Source of the DNA: Myxococcales bacterium
GTDB lineage: Bacteria; Myxococcota_A; UBA9042; JABWCM01; BTVJ01
DNA length: 64,000 bases
NCBI GenBank assembly: GCA_045863395.1
Contig: BTVJ01000032.1
Location: 1 to 64,000 of the forward strand
Direction of reading: 5' to 3'
Position 1 is the first letter of the stretch, and every line of letters begins with the position of its first letter. The translations under genes and the position numbers were made by a program. This document shows, piece by piece, positions 29,201 through 37,451 of this stretch. The notes beneath the pieces are model-generated. The model had not been told where the DNA came from, did no database searches, and worked only from the letters and a program-made list of their open reading frames with translations.

Positions 29201-29502
29201 GCCCGGATGGCGCCGCACCCCGAGCTGAAGTCGGTGTCGCCGCTGGGCATGAGCGTCTCGGGCCACCAGTCCAGGAGCCCCGCGACCCGCTTCTCGTGGA
29301 AGTCGTCCACGAAGCGGATCGCGTAGTTGGGGCGGAAGTGCAGGCCCGGCACCCGCCCCCCCTCCGGGGCATCCACCTTGGCGTCGATGACGCCGAGGGC
29401 CACGTGGGCGGGGACCCTGCCCCTCCACTCCTCCAGCAGGGACTTCACCCCCTTCACGATCTGGGTCCCGGTCCCGCCCACTCCTAGAATCAAGACTGGC
29501 AT
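26227..29502 (-). CDS. Tubulin/FtsZ-like GTPase domain protein (Tubulin_2/FtsZl type) with long helical C-terminus
   Basis: MPVLILGVGGTG (T1 loop), GCGAIRAFGR, variant signature GSLGNGTCGGS, ANGYGALLEL; GGAGG RBS; about 1091 aa. Confidence 0.85.
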   Translation of the reverse strand: MPVLILGVGGTGTQIVKGVKSLLEEWRGRVPAHVALGVIDAKVDAPEGGRVPGLHFRPNYAIRFVDDFHEKRVAGLLDWWPETLMPSGDTDFSSGCGAIRAFGRYYAFRYADHVAATVRAMLDDVTALNIRSVGALGGDWRVFVVGSLGNGTCGGSFLDVATIARAEVTRHMPNVQVHGTGVFIAGSVTRGGNSGRLADRVGANGYGALLELQYEFNRYGAAGVRPRSPRTLRAAEGTWSFSPSPDDPPLHGAYLLEGRNLAGQTLDYPSLIHMAAHGLANLVAGVDDAQRLLDSWAASPSPRRLGSLAGVTLAVPAQQLTKWLVAEWGAQVAGTALSAADGPWRAVLADVAPDGTKRLLPEAATVDASVDFFLEHVLRMREVGPDGGNQFNQVFELFGPDDEALKKGLDRVTSNLAGAEKPDDAVAAASQLVDWVERNVKGLAAARTAALLDGTRSRWSRVPPNLDNPADAGLRWLIDQRVGRFVDAGAIGVLQVWIRELCDELARNRDSIAIHETRAWLNRPQDGNLDLQARLTTLRREAEGFWSLFRRGKIVELGAEVKDDARRFFTFHLWDTKIGAVTNLYDRAIGYLRALGSAADQLGALLRAPRLLGQLQAVAETEASALDGADRGARDTGRNAVRPVIPVGGGETTRRRLLARVASGASTSAEAVLRSLSEPLRERFAAALLALPRAEQEELVAWRRQGVTPLDQVASDSANRLRETLEGVIAARADATLRSETRIDALLFEEASALVRRLEQIQTAERDAIDRKERTTWEQEVEGRAGRAAAAAMGHLTFADAEADRLTARNLYLAGRIGQAISFATPFWSLRPQARGVPTRYCFVIYPKEATLIGPAIQAHGQHMAGADLPTIHATASATIDPRTVFVAQAHVGASLFDLNLQSEHDLYERMPAADQTYWPHTTREYSQAARSMLHGTGSTTDWGAPLLALAEGQGILARSEGGPWTLTRRIPGDAAAGRRAFAAGQVGPAGEVELLDWLGGSTTEATNLRDGLRGLLWESLRAQAASAGWGAPADTLQDLAAALRQRASAVVDPLHRQALDRQARAMDDLARELVNLAGAEIPAVLRVGAG

Positions 29503-29516
29503 GACGCCCTCCGGTG

Positions 29517-31892
29517 TCAGTGTTCCTCGACTCGAATCGGGTACGCGGTGGTGTCGACCACCGACCCGCCCTGCAATTCGCGCAGCATGATCGAGCGCCC
29601 GCCGTGGCGAGCCTCGTCCAGGGTGATCACCCGCGCCTCCCGCTGGATCCGGCGCCGAGACGGGCGCCGAAGCCGCGGCAGGGGGTCCGTGTCCCCATCC
29701 AGGGACGCCTCCCGATCCAGCTCCCCTTCCCCCGCGGGCAGCGTCGCGTCCCACAGGCGGAAGGTGCCGGGCATGGACCCGGGCAGCACCCCGAGCACGG
29801 GCATGCCGCGGGCCAGGTCGCTGCCGGTGAACGCCTCGCGGGTGGCCTGGGTGAACCCGCCGGCCTGGAGGTGCACGAAGAGCGGCTGGCGGCGGATCAG
29901 CGCCCAGGCGCCCTTGAGGCCGGCGCCGTGGGCGGTGCGCAGGTCCCGATTGTCCGTCGAGGTCCCGATGAAGAGCCCCGGTGGGAGCTGCGGGCGCGTC
30001 GCCCACAGGACCGCGAGCACCAGGAGGAGGACTCCCGCGATGCCGATTGCCACCCACCACAGCCAGAAGAGCGGCGGGGACTCGATGACCAGCGGGATCT
30101 CCACGCAGTGCTCGCCGGCGCTCGCCGCCGGAGGGACGCAGTCCGGGCAGCGCACGAGGACGGGGCGCGCGGGCATCGGGGGAGCCGCAAGCTCGGGGCG
30201 GAAGCAGGCGCGGGCGACGTAGCTGCCCGGCGGCGGGTCGAAGCCGAGGCCGAAGGCGCGCTCCCAGTGGTCTTGTCGCTCCGCGGGAGACACGACGTGG
30301 AGGTCACCGCCGCACGCCAGGTCGATGACCCCGGAGCGGGGGCCGCCAGGCACGGCGATGATCCGGGCGGCGTCGGCCACGTCCTTGCCCGTCTCGTCGG
30401 TCAGGGTCACCCGCGTGGGGATCGTGGCGGGGCCACAGCGCTCGTCACAGGACACGCCGAGGCGGCGGCTCGCCTGCTCGTAGACGTGGAGCCAGTCTGC
30501 CCGGAGGGGGCCGAGAGGGGCGTCGGGGCGCATGGAGTCTCCGCCGACGACCGTGTAGAGGCACGGCGGAGGCGGAGGCGGAGGCGGGACATACACCTTG
30601 ACGGAGACGTCGCCGAGGCGCAGGAGCCCCCCGTCGTCGTCCTGGGGCAGCACGAAGGAACTCCCTGGCCACGCGCGCTTGAGCTCGGCGCAGAGCGCGT
30701 CATGGACCAGCCGGACGGGCGCGGCGCCCTCCGGCACGTCGCCCGCGGGGAGCACCGCGGTGGTCGCGCCCTCGATGCGCGGGCGCAGGGAGCCACGCTC
30801 GAAGCGGAGTGTCTTCCGCTCGCCCTCTACTCTGCGGGGCGGAGCGGTGATCGACCACTCGGCGGTCCGGGTGGTCCCGACCCGGACGTCCCACCGGACC
30901 TCCGCCTGGACGGCCAGGGTCGATCGGGGAGACGGGGCCGGGTCGGCAGGCTCTCCGCGACACACGAGCAGACTCGCGGCCTCGTCTGATCGAAGCCCAG
31001 CGCCGTGCCCCCGCGCCACGAGCCGCAGCGTCCGGGGCACCTCCAGCTCCACCTTGTGCCCCTCGGGCGGCTTGGTGGGGTCGTAGACCGCCGCCAACGT
31101 TGGGAGGCCAAAGAGGACGTCGTAGACCACGTGGTCGGGCGGCGGGGTGGTGCAGGCCGGATGGTCCGCGCAGTCTGGATCGTCACAGTCGGCGCGCCCG
31201 TCCCGGTCCTCGTCGATGCCGCCGGTGCAGATCTCGGGCGGCGGTGGCACGTAGACGTCGCAACGATCCCACCGCAGGCGCAGGCGCCGCTGCTGGCGTT
31301 CGACCCACTCCACGTAGGGGCGGTTGTCGAAGCCGCGCCGCACCTCTTCTTCACCGTCGGTGACCACGCAGATGTCGAAGAGGCTCGCGTCGTCGGGGAT
31401 GTCCTTGTCGGTCGTGAACTCGGCGCCCAGCTCCAGCTCCGTCTTGATGACCTGGAAGATGGAGTAGGAGATGTAGCTCTTCGGCGCGTTGTAGAGGCGC
31501 GCGTCGTCGCTGAAGGCGGCGTCGACGCGCGAGGCGGCCTCGTCGGGCAGGAGCCCCACGGCCCCGCCGATGGGCGCGTGCTGGTCCTTGTCACCGAGCT
31601 GCCAGAAGCTCACGCGGACGTCGTCCCGCCCCCGGTGCCCAGCGAGCAGGTCCCGCGCCCGCCGTCGCGCCCCCTCCATGGCCTGCGTGAACGAGAAGGC
31701 CCGCGGCTGCCCGGTGGCGGGGTCCTTGGCCCACGACATGGAGCCGCTGCGGTCGACGAGGAAGAGGACGCGGCGCTCGGGCGCGGCGTCAGCCACGGCG
31801 GGCGCGAGGAGGGTGGACAGCACGAGGGAGGCACAGACGAGCGCCACGCGCGGCCAGCCCAGAACCCTCAGGTGTGCACCCCGCTCGACCAT
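29517..31892 (-). CDS. Exported vWA-domain protein with Cys/Asp metal-binding repeat and C-terminal TM
   Basis: Signal-like N-terminus; MIDAS FLVDRSGSM and VVTDG; EICTGGIDEDRDGRADCDDPDC; TM LFWLWWVAIGIAGVLLLVLAVLW followed by a ~170 aa tail. Confidence 0.8.
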   Translation of the reverse strand: MVERGAHLRVLGWPRVALVCASLVLSTLLAPAVADAAPERRVLFLVDRSGSMSWAKDPATGQPRAFSFTQAMEGARRRARDLLAGHRGRDDVRVSFWQLGDKDQHAPIGGAVGLLPDEAASRVDAAFSDDARLYNAPKSYISYSIFQVIKTELELGAEFTTDKDIPDDASLFDICVVTDGEEEVRRGFDNRPYVEWVERQQRRLRLRWDRCDVYVPPPPEICTGGIDEDRDGRADCDDPDCADHPACTTPPPDHVVYDVLFGLPTLAAVYDPTKPPEGHKVELEVPRTLRLVARGHGAGLRSDEAASLLVCRGEPADPAPSPRSTLAVQAEVRWDVRVGTTRTAEWSITAPPRRVEGERKTLRFERGSLRPRIEGATTAVLPAGDVPEGAAPVRLVHDALCAELKRAWPGSSFVLPQDDDGGLLRLGDVSVKVYVPPPPPPPPCLYTVVGGDSMRPDAPLGPLRADWLHVYEQASRRLGVSCDERCGPATIPTRVTLTDETGKDVADAARIIAVPGGPRSGVIDLACGGDLHVVSPAERQDHWERAFGLGFDPPPGSYVARACFRPELAAPPMPARPVLVRCPDCVPPAASAGEHCVEIPLVIESPPLFWLWWVAIGIAGVLLLVLAVLWATRPQLPPGLFIGTSTDNRDLRTAHGAGLKGAWALIRRQPLFVHLQAGGFTQATREAFTGSDLARGMPVLGVLPGSMPGTFRLWDATLPAGEGELDREASLDGDTDPLPRLRRPSRRRIQREARVITLDEARHGGRSIMLRELQGGSVVDTTAYPIRVEEH

Positions 31893-32001
31893 GGCCGCGA
31901 CGGTAGACCACCACGGCCAATCTGGCAAGGCGCAAGTGGCATAGAGACACAACGAGGCACTCCTCCCGCACGGCAGCACTGTGAGCGGTTTCTGGGCGCG
32001 A

Positions 32002-35000
32002 TCATCCTCCCTCGCCCGCTGCGCCGCGGCCCTGGGCGATCAGTCCAAGGAAGATGCCACCGAAGACCGACATGGCCGTCCACATGACGACCGCAGCGAA
32101 CCAGACGTCGGACCCAAGTTGCAGCGCCCCGGCACCGGCACCGGAGAGCAAGGCGGCGTCCGTGTCACCCATCGCCACGAGGAGTCCTGCACTCTCGAGC
32201 GCCGCGATCACGACCGCAACGCCATAGACGGGAAGGATGCGCCGACCGACCAGGCCCCACGTTCCACCGGTGGGCGACTGCACGCGCTTGCGCAGGTCGA
32301 AGGCCAGGAAGGCCAGCCCCCCAAAGAGCGCCAGCACGACCACGGAGACATAGGAGATGCCTCCGGTCGCCGCCAGGTCGTTCCAGGTCTTTGCCAGGCT
32401 CAGCGTGAACATGCCGCCACCCAGCACGCCGGACCACAGGGGTGAAAAGCGCGCCAGCATACCCGGCGCGTTGACCTCGGGCCGCTCCTTCTTCAGTCGC
32501 TGCTTCAGGAGGCCCGCCATGTCGAAGCGGAGCTGACGCAGCAGGAAGCCGTGGGCCTCGACCAGGAGCCTCGGGGACGCCGCTCGAAGTGCGTCTGCGG
32601 ACCTGTTGTCGTTGGTTGACGGGTCGCCCACTCCCAGCACCGCACACAGCGCTGCCTCGTCGAGTGACGCGAGGGCACGCTCCAGGTCTTTGTCCGCGTT
32701 TCTGCGAACCATGACGGAATCGCGCACGGATGTCGCCCACCCGTCGAGGTCGCCCACCATGGTCTCGAAGAGGGCCATCTCCGGCCACGCAAGCCCCGCC
32801 GAACGAAGCGCCGCGAAAAACCGCGGCAGCTCCTCCCGCATCGACTCAAGCTCGCCCGCATCCAGACGGTCCGCTTCACCTCGGGCAACGACGACCCTGA
32901 GTCTTGAAACGATATCCCTCCCCGCGGCCCGGGCATCCGCAGTGTCACCACCGAGCGCGGCTGCCCAACCCAACAACCCGGGCTCCTTGTCGGGACTCAC
33001 TCCCAGAAGCCGCTCCAAGTCCCATGCCCAGTCACTGACACGGGCCCAGGTCGCGGGATGTGCCGTCACGTCCGGGAGAGTGGGTCTTGTCTCCGGTATG
33101 GTCTGGATGGCCTCACCCAGATCGACCGCCCCCATCATGGCAAGTGCGTCGGCAACGGCGTGCAGCCGAGCGCGAAGTCGCACCCAGGCCCCTTCTGTTC
33201 CGCCCGGTCCGCCGCGGACACGCGCGGCGTCCAGCGCCCTCATCGCTCCGAGCAGCACGTGCATCCGGGTCCCGCTCCAGGGTAGGACACTCTCTGCCTC
33301 CTCCCAGAACGAGTCGGGCGGGTCGAGGCGAAGCAACGCCCACAGGAGCCGCACACTCTGCACCACGTCGGGGACCAGCACCTCCGCGTTCTGCGGCAAA
33401 CCTTCCAGGAGTGACGCGAGCCCGATTGCCGCCTGATCGATCAGGAACTTGTCGCCATCGTCCCCTGCGTCCGCCCTCTCGCATCCCTTCGCAAGCACCG
33501 CGTGAACCGTCGCAGCCGTGACCTGGTGGTCGTGCAGGAGCCACCGGAGCCCTCCAACACCCGCGCTCGTGAGCCGCACTGCCAGGTCGGCGCGTCCCAC
33601 CCGTCCAGCGGTCGCGTCAGGCGTGCCCCCAAGGTGCCACACATCCGGGAGCCCCGCCTCCTCCAGCAAGGCGCCCCACGGCAGATCGCGCGTCGCTGGG
33701 GCCTCGAGGAGCAACACGAGCTCCGCCACCCTCGCCGCGAGCCACAGAGGGTCGCGCAGCGCAACCACCGATGAGCGACACAGCCGGAGACGCTCGATGA
33801 CCGCGTCCGCGTCTACCCGGGCCACGGCGGGCAGCCCGCGTCCGAGAGCGAGCGACGCTGCCACGTCGAACGGGGCGAGCGCCGCCACAGCGGCATCCAC
33901 GTCAGGGACCGCCTCGGGGGCGTGAGCGACGACGAACGCCAGACTCACTGCGGCGGAGCACCCGAGGTCCGCCGCCGGCCCGAGACGACCCCCATGCCTG
34001 GCGAGGAGCCCGGGGCTCAGCATCGCGTCCACGACGAGCTGGCGAGCACGGGGATAGGCGGTCAACGCACGCACGAGCGCGCGCAGACCCATGTGGTGCT
34101 GGTAGCCTGGCGTGCCCTTGTGCATCAGAGTGCGGCTGAGGGCAGTGATGGCGGCAATCCAGGGAGCCTCCCCCAGTGGACGCGTGGCAAGCTCGGCGAA
34201 ACCATGGAGTGCCGCGGACTGGTCGAATGGATCCTCGGGCAGCGGTGCCGCGAGCAGGACCTCCGCGTCCAAGCCCGGCAACGGCACACCTCGCCCAGCG
34301 AGGGCGCAACGCAGGTGGATGAAGTGACGTCTCACGTGCTTGCGGCGGAGCGGGTCATCACCAAACCACCTCTCCACCAGCGGATCGGGGTGAGCGCCAG
34401 CGCTCAAGCGCTCGTTGGCGGCGGCGAGCTCTTCGTGGAGACTCGGGGAACGACTCGCCAGCGCAGCAAGGGCGCAGGATGCTGGAATCCACGTAGAGCG
34501 GACACGCGCGTGGAACGCCTCGCGGACGAAAGTGACAATCGGCTCAGTCGGCGGAGCCCAGCACAGCGCCAGGAGGGTCGGGGCCCATGTGAGATCTTCT
34601 CCGTCGCTCCTGCGTGGGCGCGGGACGCCCCGTGCACCAGCCGAATTGCCCTCGTCGACCGGTCCGCGCCTGCTCACAGGCGCCGCCTGGGCGTCCGCTC
34701 CTCGGGGAGCGAACACCCACGGAAGCAGGCTCGGGTCGTCGAGCAGAACGCCGGCCCAACTCTGCGTCACAGGGTCGAGCGTGGGCCACTGCGCCACGAG
34801 CGCTGCTCCGCTCTTTCCGACGAGCCGTACGAGCTGGGCTACGCGCCGCACGGCCTCGGACGCCGGCTTCCCGCGCAGCGGCGGTAGAGTGCGCAGCGCC
34901 GCGCGGATTCGCGACGCCCCCTCGCCCGACCCGTCCCAGCCGTCCAGCAGCGCTGCGGCGGCCTCGTATTCCTCAGAAGCGTCGGATATCGCGACCATGT

Positions 35001-35070
35001 CTGCCCTCATCTGGTCCCAACTCGCCTTTGCCTGGGTGCCGACGGTGCCACTCCCGAGTCGACGGGTCAA
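32002..35070 (-). CDS. Large helical hypothetical protein with ~4 C-terminal TM helices
   Basis: 1022 aa ORF, co-oriented with and ~110 bp upstream of the vWA gene. Hydrophobic C-terminal segments. Visibly more A/T-ending codons than its neighbours. Start uncertain. Confidence 0.65.
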   Translation of the reverse strand: MTRRLGSGTVGTQAKASWDQMRADMVAISDASEEYEAAAALLDGWDGSGEGASRIRAALRTLPPLRGKPASEAVRRVAQLVRLVGKSGAALVAQWPTLDPVTQSWAGVLLDDPSLLPWVFAPRGADAQAAPVSRRGPVDEGNSAGARGVPRPRRSDGEDLTWAPTLLALCWAPPTEPIVTFVREAFHARVRSTWIPASCALAALASRSPSLHEELAAANERLSAGAHPDPLVERWFGDDPLRRKHVRRHFIHLRCALAGRGVPLPGLDAEVLLAAPLPEDPFDQSAALHGFAELATRPLGEAPWIAAITALSRTLMHKGTPGYQHHMGLRALVRALTAYPRARQLVVDAMLSPGLLARHGGRLGPAADLGCSAAVSLAFVVAHAPEAVPDVDAAVAALAPFDVAASLALGRGLPAVARVDADAVIERLRLCRSSVVALRDPLWLAARVAELVLLLEAPATRDLPWGALLEEAGLPDVWHLGGTPDATAGRVGRADLAVRLTSAGVGGLRWLLHDHQVTAATVHAVLAKGCERADAGDDGDKFLIDQAAIGLASLLEGLPQNAEVLVPDVVQSVRLLWALLRLDPPDSFWEEAESVLPWSGTRMHVLLGAMRALDAARVRGGPGGTEGAWVRLRARLHAVADALAMMGAVDLGEAIQTIPETRPTLPDVTAHPATWARVSDWAWDLERLLGVSPDKEPGLLGWAAALGGDTADARAAGRDIVSRLRVVVARGEADRLDAGELESMREELPRFFAALRSAGLAWPEMALFETMVGDLDGWATSVRDSVMVRRNADKDLERALASLDEAALCAVLGVGDPSTNDNRSADALRAASPRLLVEAHGFLLRQLRFDMAGLLKQRLKKERPEVNAPGMLARFSPLWSGVLGGGMFTLSLAKTWNDLAATGGISYVSVVVLALFGGLAFLAFDLRKRVQSPTGGTWGLVGRRILPVYGVAVVIAALESAGLLVAMGDTDAALLSGAGAGALQLGSDVWFAAVVMWTAMSVFGGIFLGLIAQGRGAAGEGG

Positions 35071-35097
35071 CCCTCGTGGGTGTACTGCGGCCTCTTA

Positions 35098-35273
35098 GAG
35101 GGTGTATTCAAAATGGCCCGTCGCGAGCGCGTGGGCGCGCCCGCATGGCAAGGAGCGGGCTTCCCGACGAGGGGGCGCGTACTCGTGGTACTCGTCCCCT
35201 CGTCGGGAGGCCCGCGACGCGGCCAAGCGGGATGCGACCGCGCGCGTAGCAGGGCCATTTTGAATACACCCTC
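35098..35273. mobile_element. MITE-like fold-back element A (176 bp)
   Basis: Perfect 22-bp terminal inverted repeats GAGGGTGTATTCAAAATGGCCC (35098-35119 / 35252-35273), flanked by TTA on both sides; internal hairpin GGGCTTCCCGACGAGGGG..CCCCTCGTCGGGAGGCCC. Confidence 0.75.
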
Positions 35274-35276
35274 TTA

Positions 35277-35436
35277 GGCGCCGGTGCATAATAACCTGAT
35301 CCATCGAGGGCCCCGATGCGCCCCGCTGGCAGTCTGGCGGGACCGCAGGCAGGGCCAGGTCCTTCCAAGGTCTCGCCAGGCTGTCAGCGGGGATGCAGCG
35401 GGGGCCGAATGGCACAGGTTATTGTGCACCGGCGCC
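35277..35436. mobile_element. MITE-like fold-back element B (160 bp)
   Basis: 22-bp terminal inverted repeats GGCGCCGGTGCA(T/C)AATAACCTG with 1 mismatch (35277-35298 / 35415-35436), flanked by TTA; internal hairpin CCCCGCTGGCAGTCTGGCGGGACC..GGTCTCGCCAGGCTGTCAGCGGGG. Confidence 0.75.
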
Positions 35437-36089
35437 TTAGTCGTAGCGCACCTCCCCGAGGCACCTCCAGGCCCAAAGCTCCCGGGGGCCCAACGCGTGC
35501 GGGGACCACCAATCGCCAGGACCACCAGCGCACTCCCACCACCGGACCCGGGCTTGACAGGAACGCCGTGGATGAAGCACCGTAGCGCAGTCGGCACCGT
35601 AAGCGCCCGTGCAGTAATGGCCGGTCCATTCTGCCCCTCCTGCATCCCCGCTGCAACCTGGCGATACCCTGGAAGGACGCGGCCCTGCCTGTGGATTTCC
35701 GAGGCTGCCTGCTGGGCGCGTCGAGGCTCTCGATCAATCAGGTTGTCATTTACCGGCGGCTGATTGGTCTTCGGGACCGTGTCTCAATCATGTCGGCAGA
35801 GAGGGGTCAGACCCGACGCCGGGAGCGTTCACCACGCTGGTCCGGCAAGCACATCGGACCCCGGGCGAGGGTCCCGTGTCAGAACCGAGGTTCCGAGCGC
35901 TCTACGGAAGCGGTCTGAGCAACGGCGCTGAGCCCACGAGCGGCGGGGGGAACACACCACGAAGAAACGGGGAGGCGACTCAGGCAGTCACGGCGCGTGA
36001 GAGACGTGTCAGACGCGGCGTCGAGATGACTCTACCGTGGAGTCATCGACGGGGCGGCCGTCGGACGGTGACCCACTCGGAGGTGTCCC

Positions 36090-36875
36090 ATGAGCAAGGG
36101 TGCAGTGGTCGGGGTGGTGATGGCGCAGGTGGTGGTGGTCGGGGGCCTGGGGATCTGGATGTTCCAGCGGGGCCAGGAGCAGGCGGAGCGGCAGGAGCAG
36201 CGCCTCGCAGATCTGGAGGCGGTGACCTCCGAGCGCGTCGCGGCGCTGGAGGAGACCGTCGAGCAGCAGGGCCACGCCATCGTCGCGCTGGAGGTGGCGG
36301 TCCGGGCGGGGAGCGCGGCCCTCGCCGCGCGCGTCGACGCGGTGGAGTCTTCGGTGGCGAAGCTCGACGCGGAGCGCGTGGCGCCGCTGGAGCGCCGGGC
36401 GTCGGGCATCGAGAAGGGGCAGTTGCAGCTCGCCGAGCGCGTCGACCACAACGACGCGGCGCAGGCCGCGAAGGCGGAGCAGGTGGTCGCCGAGATCTCC
36501 TCGGTGAAGGAGGACATGGCGGCCCTGAAGGAGCGCGTGGTCTCCGTGGAGCGGAGCGCGACCTCGACCGGAGTGGACCTGGCGAAGCTCGCTGCGCTCA
36601 CGGGGAAGAACGACCGCCGCATCCGCGACCTGGTGGACGAGCACGCGGCCCTGGTCGCCACCGTGGAGCAGGTGCGGAAGAGCGGCACCCAGGACTCGCG
36701 TGAAGCAATCGAGGCCATGGAGCGCAAGCTCGCGAGCCTGGACGCCGCCGTGCGCCTGGCCGCCGAGCAGGTCACGAAGGAGTACCTGGAGTCGCATCAG
36801 GATGACTCCAAGGCGGACATGGCGCGGGAGATTGCTGCCCGCACGCGCTTCGAGGTGCTGGAGGGGGCGCGGTGA
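36090..36875 (+). CDS. Membrane-anchored coiled-coil protein
   Basis: GGAGG RBS; N-terminal TM segment; heptad-rich E/A/K/L sequence. Confidence 0.8.
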   Translation: MSKGAVVGVVMAQVVVVGGLGIWMFQRGQEQAERQEQRLADLEAVTSERVAALEETVEQQGHAIVALEVAVRAGSAALAARVDAVESSVAKLDAERVAPLERRASGIEKGQLQLAERVDHNDAAQAAKAEQVVAEISSVKEDMAALKERVVSVERSATSTGVDLAKLAALTGKNDRRIRDLVDEHAALVATVEQVRKSGTQDSREAIEAMERKLASLDAAVRLAAEQVTKEYLESHQDDSKADMAREIAARTRFEVLEGAR

Positions 36876-36989
36876 CGGGTGCGGGCGGTGGCGCCGCGGC
36901 CGCCCGCGGCTCCACCTCTCCGAGGCTGCGCGACGACGACCCTGGTCCGCGGGGCGATGGCAGCAGAGAGCCCTGCAGGAGGAGTGGCG

Positions 36990-37451
36990 ATGAGGGTGAC
37001 AATCCTGGCTCTGGCGATCATCGTCGGCGGATGTGCGACATCGAGACGGCACGCTCCGGCGACACCGCAAGCTACGTCAGCGAGCTTCCCCGGAGGCGCA
37101 TCAGCGCAGGGCGGCGGCTGGGCCACGAGCCCCGTCGGGACCTCCACCCCCGACGTGGAGGTCCTGTGCGACGGCGCAAGGCCGCAGATCCGGTTCGACG
37201 ACGCCGCGCGCCAGCGTCTCTTCCCGAAGCACGAGGTCGTGTGGGTCCTGAGCCCCTTCGAGGGAGGCGGAAAGTGCCGGCTCTACGGCCTCGTGCGGAG
37301 GCCCCACCGGGGAGCGACGTTCCCCGACGACGTGCGCCTTCGGGCGACCGCCACGTTCCCGGACGACGGCGACCGGTGCCGCTGCGTCCCGACCAAGGCG
37401 CGGGCCCACGAGGGGTGGTTCCCGTCGGCGATCTCGGAGGTGAACCCATGA
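36990..37451 (+). CDS. Small lipoprotein
   Basis: AGGAGGAG RBS; MRVTILALAIIVGGC lipobox; ATGA overlap with the next gene. Confidence 0.7.
   Translation: MRVTILALAIIVGGCATSRRHAPATPQATSASFPGGASAQGGGWATSPVGTSTPDVEVLCDGARPQIRFDDAARQRLFPKHEVVWVLSPFEGGGKCRLYGLVRRPHRGATFPDDVRLRATATFPDDGDRCRCVPTKARAHEGWFPSAISEVNP

Noticed and set aside
26227..29502. Cell-division ftsZ
   Set aside because: About 1091 aa, a variant signature loop, no dcw genes, and a vWA/membrane context that fits Tubulin_2-type proteins.
30565..30588. GGCGGA tandem repeat
   Set aside because: It encodes a poly-Pro linker in the vWA protein.
35095..35439. CRISPR array or integron attC sites
   Set aside because: The repeats are inverted rather than direct with spacers, there are no convincing RYYYAAC/GTTRRRY ends or cassette ORFs, and no cas or integrase gene is present.
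35440..36089. Short ORFs in the intergenic region after the fold-back elements
   Set aside because: They have no convincing RBS or motifs and overlap in conflicting frames; treated as non-coding.
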